From: Bacteroidota bacterium | GTDB lineage: Bacteria; Bacteroidota; Bacteroidia; JAHEXY01 | DNA length: 64,000 nucleotides | Direction of reading: 5' to 3' | Assembly: GCA_023251875.1 (NCBI GenBank) | Contig: JAHEXY010000005.1 | Coordinates: 251,008 to 315,007 of the forward strand | Part shown: positions 50,654 to 60,100 of the stretch, piece after piece | How positions within the stretch are numbered: the first letter of the stretch is position 1 | Layout of the letters: each line of letters opens with the position of its first letter | Notes under the pieces: model-generated | Told to the model about the DNA's origin: nothing | Seen by the model: only the letters and a program-made list of their open reading frames with translations | Database searches by the model: none | Program-made: the position numbers and the translations under genes

Positions 50654-50881
50654 ATGCAAACCATAAACATTGTTGCACATGCCGAGGATGTTTCTCAAAT
50701 AGAAGCTATTAAAGCTGTTTTAAAAGCCTTCAAGATTAAATTTGAAATTTATAAAAACAAGGGTAAAGAGAAACCTTATAATCCTGAATTTGTTGCCATG
50801 ATACAACAGGGCGACAAAGACTTAAAAGATGGTAGAGGAAAAAAAATGAGCCTCAAAGAACTGAATGCTTTATGGAAATAA
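50654..50881 (+). CDS. DUF2683-like antitoxin
   Basis: QIEAIKAVLKAFKIKFE...PYNPEFVAMI...DLKDG; ends in LWK, overlapping the ATG of the toxin remnant. Confidence 0.78.
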   Translation: MQTINIVAHAEDVSQIEAIKAVLKAFKIKFEIYKNKGKEKPYNPEFVAMIQQGDKDLKDGRGKKMSLKELNALWK

Positions 50882-50955
50882 TCATTCTTCCAAAAGCACA
50901 AGAACATTTAGATTTTTGGAAAAGAAAAGGCAATAAAAGTCTCCTTTATTCATAA
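50872..50955 (+). pseudogene. Truncated Txe/YoeB-family toxin (27 aa)
   Basis: MEIIILPKAQEHLDFWKRKGNKSLLYS* resembles YoeB N-termini; the rest is missing before the repeat at 50977. Confidence 0.7.
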
Positions 50956-51182
50956 ATTCGGCTATTACCTGTAGCATTCATCTATCAATATTTCAAAGAA
51001 CAATTTTATTTTTATTAAGCTTTACCAAAGTTTCAAACTTTGGTAAAGCTGGGTGTTGCTTTGTACTTTTTATGCAGGATTAAAAATCCTGTTTTAGAAG
51101 GTTTGGTTTACAAAACCAAACCAGCTCTATCAAACATCTAAACCATCCGGGGAAAACCATCGCACATCTAAACCATATAATT

Positions 51183-54100
51183 TTATCTTGCGAGACGAGT
51201 TGGTGCTTGCTTCGGTAAACTTTTATCAACAGGTTGCAATCTATCTCTTTTTTCAATATGTAGTCTCTCTTCATCTGACATTTGAGGACCACTTTGCTGA
51301 TTATCTATTTTTTCGAGCTCTTTAAGTTCCACTTCTGTTGGAGTAACTTCTTTATAACCTAATACATGTTCAAATTCAACCCCTGCTGATACATATACCC
51401 CTCCGCTAACTCCAGCCTCCACTTCGCCAGCAACACACATTCCATCACTCTTAGTTTCAGTATTTTCGAATAATGGAGACGAGCCTTCTACAGAAACTTT
51501 TCCCCCTATCTCCGCTGAGCCTTCTCCTCCAATCTCCACTTCTTTATCCCATCCCCCAATGGCATCTACAACTTCGTCTATTGTAACCGGGCTGTTATCT
51601 TTTGATTCAACTTGCGAGTAACAGATAGCAACACCTGTCGAAGCAGTTAAAGTCCCACCCGCCTCTAATCCTGCACTTCCACCAACATATACAGTGGCAA
51701 TAAGGTAATACCTATACCCATTGCCATTTGCATTAGGTACACGAGCAAGGTAAGAGGCATGACCAAATCCAAACTCTCCTCTACCAAGTATTCCGCCACT
51801 TACACCTAACACTCTCTGTTCAGCACTAATAATACGTGCAGGTTCTGGCGCCATCCCATCCGGATCCACCATATTAATTGGATCATTTGCCATTGCACTA
51901 TAAGGAGACTCACCGGCAAACTTCTCTGCCAATGGGTCTAAGCTTAGCCAACGGCCTACTCTGGCATCGAGAATACGGGCGCCAAAGTCGTAGGCAACGG
52001 CATTGCCCATGAGTTCGGTTTCTTTTTCTTTGCCTTGGTAGCCGTAGCGGTAATCGCTGCTGCTTACAGTTTGGCCGGGCATTTCCATACCAAATGGGTA
52101 GTAATCTGCAAGGGAAACTACATCGGCTGTAAAGTTTTCGGGTGCGCCTGTGGTGGCATTAATAGCTGCATTTTTCTCGTCACTTACTACGGCTCGCATA
52201 TTGCCCAAATGGTCTTTTAGCTCGTAAAATTTAAAGCCTGTTGAGCGGGTAAAGGTTCCGGTTTCGCTGGTTTTTGAAATGGATGTTACATTAACTTCAT
52301 CTTTAACTGTTCCTAAGCGGCCGCCTGCTGCGTAAATGGGTAGTTCCTTAAGAGTAAGCGATGTTGTTGTAGTGGTGCTGCCACTGCCTAATGAAGGGGC
52401 TGTGCCGCTACCTAAGCCAGTACCACTGCTACTTCCTGAAAGAATACCTGTACCTGAAGTAGTATATTCTCCTTTGTATATAGCCATTTCGCTTCCATTG
52501 GCATCGCGTACATAGTAGCTAGTAGTAGAGCTTACGCCCAGTTTGCCCGTTTCTGTTTTACTAATTTTATTGCCTAAGGCATCATAAGTATAGTTTAGTG
52601 TAGTTCCATCACTTTTTGTAACCTTGCTTACTTTGCCATTTAAGCCCCATTCTATTTTGCTTACGCCAGAAGCTACATCTGCGGTGAGCTGGCCGTTGGC
52701 ATTGTAGGTATAGTTATCTGTTTTTTGATCGTCAAGGTCGGTACCGTAATTGCCGCTGCTTATCAAATCATTAACACTATTTAGTTGATTGGTTTCATTG
52801 TTATATACATAAGATAATGCATCCATTCCCAACTTATTTGACGATGTATAATAGCCATTACGGTTTAAGGATGTTATATTTCCATTTTTATCGTATTCAT
52901 AAGATGAAAAATAATCTCCTTTGCCATCTGCATCGTTTCCATTTACCCATGAACTGCCGTTATAGTAATCGAAATTGCTTTGTACCAAGCGATACAGTTC
53001 ATCGTACTTGTACATAAAACCTTTTACTTTTCCATCATAAGAATTGCTTGTGCTAGATGTTGTAGAAGCTGTGTTATAAGCCATATTGGTGATAGTACCA
53101 TTAAATAGTTGGGTATAGCTTGCTCCGGTTGTACTTCCTGTTGCATCAGGCATATCCCAGCTCATTTGTTGTATCCCTGTATTATAGTAAGGAGAAGCAT
53201 TATCATAAAATTCAGAATTGAAGACTGAAAATTGATCGAGGGTGCCATCCTTATTATTATCAATACCTCGTTTAAAGTCTCCATTAAAATAACCCAGTGT
53301 CATACCAAAGGCATCGGTAGGGAAATTACCATAAGCAGTATTACCATCTTTACCCGGGTCGTAAGTGGAACTTAAACTCTGGTGATTAATAGCTTTAAGC
53401 CATCCGTTGAGTGTGTATACATGATCGAGGCCTTGTATGTTATCTTCACCAATGGATACGCGTTTTAATGGACCGTAAGCATAATATTCATAAGTGGCAT
53501 CTTTATCCCAAATTACACCATCGCGTGAGGTTTCAACTGTTTTTATTCTGTTATCAGAATCATAAGAATAGCGGTGAAAAAACTGATCTTCATAGCCTTC
53601 GTTGTATTTTACTTTTTTTACTTTAGAAGTTATTAAATCGTATTCATAGGCTATTTTTTTATCGTCCATGCCGGGTATGCGTTGTATGAGCCATTCAACA
53701 TTACCGTGAGGATCATAACTGTAAATGGTATAAATTTCATCACCGGTATAAGCATAGCTTACACGGTTTTGAATGTAGCGCTGTTCATCGCTTAAAGTTG
53801 TTTCGCTATACGCTTCTGTGAAAACGGTATAAATTTGCTCTTTGCAGGAAGACGAAGGATAATCTTGATCATCAACATTATCTTCAAAATCAGCATCAGC
53901 ATTGGCACAGCGGCCTGCTTCAATAATGCGTCCTAAATCATCGTATTTTATATACGCATAATCGTTATCGGCTTTTTGCACTTCGTTTTGTGAAAAACGC
54001 AATTGTCCAATACTATTATACCAAAACTGTTTTACACCTCCATCGGGCGTTTTTTCATATATGCGCTGCCCAAGTGAATTATAACTGTAATCGGTAGTAA

Positions 54101-57100
54101 GGGTATGATTTTTTTCATCCTGTAAAGTAGGCCTTTGGTCAATAATGCCATCATCATTGGTATCCATATCCATTACATCAGCTCCTTTGGGTGGCACGGT
54201 TTGCACCAAATTACCTGCAACGTCATAAAAGAAAAGGGTGTATTGGTGGTAATCGACCGAGTATTTAATGGTAAAGCTATCCGTAATGTTTGTAGGCAAG
54301 GTACAAGCTGCCTTGTAAATGGCTACAGTTGTATCACGTTCGTAATTTTTACAATCGAGCAATTGCTCAGATATGGCATTGCGCACATATTCTACAAGGC
54401 GAGGATCACATTCGGTGGCAGGCGATAAGATGTGACTGGTATTAAGGTTAAGCCATGAAAAGGTGCTTTTCCATTCTCCGGTTACAGGGCCAAGGCTATA
54501 TGAAGGATTAATAGGGGATTTGTATAATTCGCGATAAGTAGTAGTAGCCGATGCGCCTATTCCGGATGTGGTGGCAAGAATAAGTTTGCCATCTTTTACC
54601 GTTACTTTTACACTTCCATTACTTCCGGCTTTTTTGATAAGGGAATCGGGCTTAAAATAAGAACCAAGCCCACTTTTTACAAATGAACCCAGTTTAAACT
54701 TGGCATCTGTTTCTTCAAGTTCTGAAAGCATTTCACTTGCCTTTACAGGAGCATTTCCAGCCTTTTGAATCATTTTGTTAACTACATAGGCTTGCATATC
54801 GGCATAAGAAACGGTAGTTTTAGCAAACAATTTTTCAACATTTACTTTACCGGTAAAATTGGCCGGCTCCTCTGTACTTACCTCCAAAGGCATCATCATT
54901 ATTTTATAAATAGAAGCCATTTCATTATCCGTTGCAATTGACTCCGGTATGTTATTAGCATCATCGTCTTGTATGGTAATAGAGATTTGATTTTTTAATT
55001 TGCTAACAATTTCGTCAGCCACATAATCAGAAAGTACGCTATTAGGATATATGGTAGCATCAAGTTTTTGCAAACGGGTGCTTATGGTAGGGCCGCGGTA
55101 TTCACAAATTTTTTGAGCTGAGTCAACCATGGCTCCTGTAATTTCTTGCGTACAAGTAAGGCTGGGGGTATTGCTACAAGAAGAGAATGTACCTGCTTCA
55201 TCTTCTTCCTCAACAATATTTTCTAAATCGGAGTTTAGGCATGTATATAGTTGTTCCCATACTTTACAGGCCCCATCTTCATCTTTTTCATCGCCTATCA
55301 CTTTACCGGTAGAAGGATCCCACCAGGCATAGGTTCCGCAGCTCTCGGTATCCCATTCAGGATTTCCGTTTTCATCGGTTTCGGTGGGGTTTGTCCACTT
55401 ACTCATGGCATCTTTAAAATTACTTATGCCCATCATTGATAAGCAATTTTCTTGTTGGTTATTTAAAACCAGCTCCTGATCTGTATAACTTTCATTGGGG
55501 TATTCATCCATTTTAATAAAATCGGGTTCATAAAACGATTTATAAGCATATTCTAAATACCCATAATGAGTTCTGGTTTCATGAGAGGGATCATTTTGTC
55601 CATCGCTTCCGGGAAAGCCACTATAAGCATCGGCATCTGTAAAACTTGTATCATAAGGCTCATAAGCGTAACCTGTGTACATTTTACCGGCAGCTTTTAA
55701 AAATTCATCTAATAAATCATAACCATAAGTATCTTTCATGTCATTGTAATTATTTGCCAAACCTTCCCAAATTGTCATAATGGTATAGCAATCATAGCCG
55801 TCTTCTTGTATCATGTGGTTGGCCATGGCATTAAAAGCTCCATTGCCATATTGAAAAGTAGTAGATGGGTTATGAAGTTCAAAATCATCAAATGAAATAT
55901 GGTCGGCAATATTTGTGTTTGTTGAAGTGAAGTTAAGGCCAAACGTAGTTGCTTCAAGTTCAGGGTGATCAACAAAGTTCATTTTTATTGTTATCGTATA
56001 TTTGTCGTTTTCTAAAGACGAAACAGAAAACTCATAGTTCGGATAGGTTTGGTTTAAATATGCCCACATGCTTTTTGCCAACTCATATCCTGTAAAATAT
56101 TTATCACAGTCAGAGCTACCGCTTGAGTAAGCACATGATCTATGTAAAAAATCACCTTCTGTAGTAGCGGTATTTTTATCTTCATCGTTATTATACGGAT
56201 GCTCGTCACCATTAAAATTATAATCAGGATCGTAGATTAAATAGTCCTGGGCAATATCTCTTTCGGTTTCACTTGAAGTTGTGTCGGCTTCATCTTCTAG
56301 TGTGTTTACATAGCTTACAACCTCTGTTCCATTTTGTGTTATGCTCATAGTAAGAGTTGATCCCAAGTAATTAGGGTGATCATCAAAGTCATACTGTCCG
56401 GCATCGATATATATTTTAGCTTCTGTATGATAATCGCCAGAGGGATATGTATAATCTCCATATTTATCTTTAAAGTAGCGATACAATTTATCTTCAAGAG
56501 CAATATCATAGCTGTCTGTCCAGCCTTCATCAATGGCTTTGTCTGTTAACACGCTTTCAAAATCGTAATAACCTTTGTTGGCTTCTATTATATCTTTATA
56601 GGTTTCTGAGCCATTGGAGTATTCTTTCGATGCTCCGGAATTTATCTCATCGATGCTGGTTCCGTCACTCAAATCATAATCAATCCACCATTCGCTACAC
56701 AAATCAAAACCACAATCAATTTTTGGAACGGCTACGGTGCAGCAAGAAGAAGCAATGTTGTAATAAGGTATATCGTCAATAGTATCAGTTGAAGATACCC
56801 AAAGGTCGTTTTCGGTTTCTACGTATTGAACAGAAGTATAGGATGGCCCGCCTCCAATATTACCGCCTCCAATATTATTAATTACTCCGTTTCCGCCACC
56901 TGATGTGCCCAATGGGTTTAGTATGTTTGTGGATGAGCTTGATCCAACAGACACATCCGAGCCAACAACCATTGTAGTTGTGTATTGTTCAGTAGGAAGG
57001 TCATCAATAAAAGTGTATAGTTCATCTAATACCAAATCTTCCTCTTCAAGATAGGTAAATAGGGTATCAAACTTTGAATTTTGAATATCCATCAGCGAGT

Positions 57101-60100
57101 CTATTTGCATGCCGTGGTAATCGGCATAGCGCATACTATCACTATTGTATGTGTTTACGCTAATGCGGCAACCAAAACGGTAGTTACCCGGGTCGGAACA
57201 AGAAATGTCGTCTGTAACCACGATGGTATCGGTATAATCTTCATCACAGGAGCTTGGGCCTATTATAATGGTGGTATCGAATTTTAGTTCATTGGTTTCT
57301 TCGCGTATGCCATAGATGTTAAGAGTATAATCGCAGGTGCTACAGTAATCAACACAGTTAGCTTTAAAATCTTTAACATTAAAATAGTAAGCATAGGTGG
57401 GTGTTACCGTTGGGTCGGCAAAATAGATGGATGCTTCTTTTAAAAGCGTATAGTCATTTAACTGAACCGTTGATTTTATTTGTTTTGTTTCATAGATGGT
57501 ATTGGTTGAGATATCATCTAATAAAGGATGATCACCGGTGCTGATGAGGCAGGTGGCAATGGTTTTACCATCCAAGGTTTTGTATTCAACTGTTGGCATT
57601 TCGTTAGGGTCGACACGAACAATTTTATACACGCTGCTATCGGCCGGGGCTTGGTTGCCAAATACTTTTAATAAAGCAGTGTCGCTAACGGCAGAATAAT
57701 ACGTACGTACGGTGCGTTGCATACCGCCATCAATATATGTTTGGTCGTATAAACCCATGCGGTGCTCAGCGCCAAAAAGAGATTGTTTTTTTACTCTTCC
57801 ATCTTGGTGGTAGAGGGTGCGCGAAAAAGCAAAACTATCGGCAGCCGGTATGTTTATATCGGAGTTTAAATCAGAAAAGTAATTGTTGATAGGGCCTACC
57901 ATGGGCAATGGGTTTTCCCAAATAGGCACTGAATCCAAATCATCAGCAAACTTTGTGCGGCTGTTTACATCAAAATCCTGCACGTTATACGCATTGCCCG
58001 AAGTGTCTTGAATAAGCATTTTGTGATAACCCAATGAATCTTGATTTACGGGTGCAACCATGCTTTGAATGGCAGGGCGGCCCACATAGTCATATACTGT
58101 TTGGCTCATGAGCACACTGTCTATTTCCTGTAGTTTGCGCTGGGTTTGCACCAGCTGGCCAAGGCCTGTTCCATAACTAATACCTTCGGCTATTTTGTTT
58201 TGTTCGGTAAAAGTTCGGTTGTAAATCCAGTTTTTATCGGTATCAAATTGTTGGTAGTAAAACATGAATTTCTTTTCGGTACTACTAAGGTCAGTTGTTT
58301 TAGAATAGGTTTTTGTACCATCGCTTTCATCATAAGCATCACTCCAATTACCCCAGTTTTGGCTGTTTCCGTAACCGTTTTCATAATACGTTCCAATGGG
58401 GCGTACCCGCCAAATATAGTAACCGGTACCTTCGGTAAGGGTAAGGGATAAAGAGGTGTTGGAGCTTTCGGTTAATATAGAAAGTGCGTGATCCCAGTTA
58501 ATGGTAGTACTTACTGCTTCCTCAATATCTTCGTAAGTTGAGCTTGTGTTGTACAAACGCATAATTTGTACTTCGTAGCCGGGCACATCATCACCACAGT
58601 TTTTGGCTTGCCATGATAAAGTAACAGGGTTGGAAGAGCATGGAGAAGTGATAGCTTGTGTTGATAGGGAAACATCAGTAACATCAACACCTAAATCGGA
58701 AGTATAATAAGCTTTTAATTGAAGGCTGTCATGAACTAAATTGTTTAATGAATCATAAGATGTTATTTTTATTTTGTAACCAATTAAGTCTTCATACGAA
58801 GAAGTTATTTCCTCGCGATAAAGCTGCTTAGGTTGATTTTGATTAATGCTTAAAGTAATATTAGAAGATTCGGAGCCTGTAGAAGTAAGTGTATATGGAG
58901 TAAGTGTAAAAGTTACTTCTTCCTTAAATTCATTTTTTGAGCCAAACTGATAGCCTTCACCGGTACTTAGTTCGAGATTGAGATAAGCGCTATTTACTGT
59001 TTTATCGGTACAATCATCGTCATAAGGAGAGCAAAGGGGTTTGGTTTCTCCTGCCTCCAATTCAGCTTGGGTATAAACCACCTGGGTATCGCCTTTTTCA
59101 GGGACAAACATATAAAAATAATTGTCGGAAAGTTGAACACTAGGGCTCTGCAATCGTGTATAATCATCGCCATATTGTATGGCATAGGAGCCATTGTATT
59201 GCACACCCATGGTCATGCTGTTATTGGTATATTTTGTTTTATTATAATACATATCAATAATGTAAATGTAGTTGTTGCTTTCTTGCAGCATACAGCCATA
59301 GAAATTATCAGATACATAGGGGTTACCTGTACACATGGAGTACCACCTTACCCATAACAGGCGGTTAGGTTCAGAACCTGTTACTTTATAATAAACAACA
59401 TCATTAGAACCTAAATTTGTAGTTGGATAATCGTCCCAATAGCAGGCAATGGTTTTATCGGGCAGTGATGAAGAAGGTAAATTTTCGTTTACACTGGGTA
59501 AAAGATTGGTTGAAGATGAAAAAGTAAGCAAACCATTTGGTGTAACCTTAAAGCTACTTACCGCTTCGCCAAAAAATAAAAAATTAAAAGGCATTGTGAT
59601 GGCAGATGACCAAGATGTAATGCTTGCCAGCGTACTATAACCGCTAATGGCGGTCCAACCATCGGAAGTAGGAACAGAGCTATCATAAATAGTAGATGCC
59701 GTATTGTATGGAAGCCATGATGATAGCTGATACGCTTTGTTTGGTTGGGTATATGATAAAAGAGGTGATTCATAAACGGGCGAAAACATAAAATAGTTGT
59801 TGTTCCATAAACCGGTAGATTCTGACTTTAAATATAAAGAACTGCCATAATCAATTGCAACGGAACTGTTGTATTGTAAACCAACAGAAGAAGTATTTGT
59901 AATTGCTCCCGAGCCATTGTATAAATCAACCATATAAATTCGGTTAGATGTTTCTTCGAGTACGCATGCAAAAAAATTATTTTCGGTGGCTGTGCTTCCA
60001 TATTTCATGGAGTACCATTTTATCCATAGCTGGCGATTGGGTGCTTTGCCAGAAACATAATAATATACCATATCATTTGAACTGGTTTTGGTGGCTGCTT

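Noticed and set aside
47218-51150. CRISPR array
   Set aside because: The repeats are hundreds to thousands of bp apart and separated by genes; there is no regular repeat-spacer period and no cas gene.
46516-51182. Integron cassette array (antisense TA modules with palindromic spacers)
   Set aside because: No integrase in the window and no clear RYYYAAC...GTTRRRY attC boundaries.
51080-51292. 70-aa minus-strand ORF as an RHS immunity gene
   Set aside because: It overlaps the RHS 3' end by 110 bp out of frame and runs through hairpin repeats.
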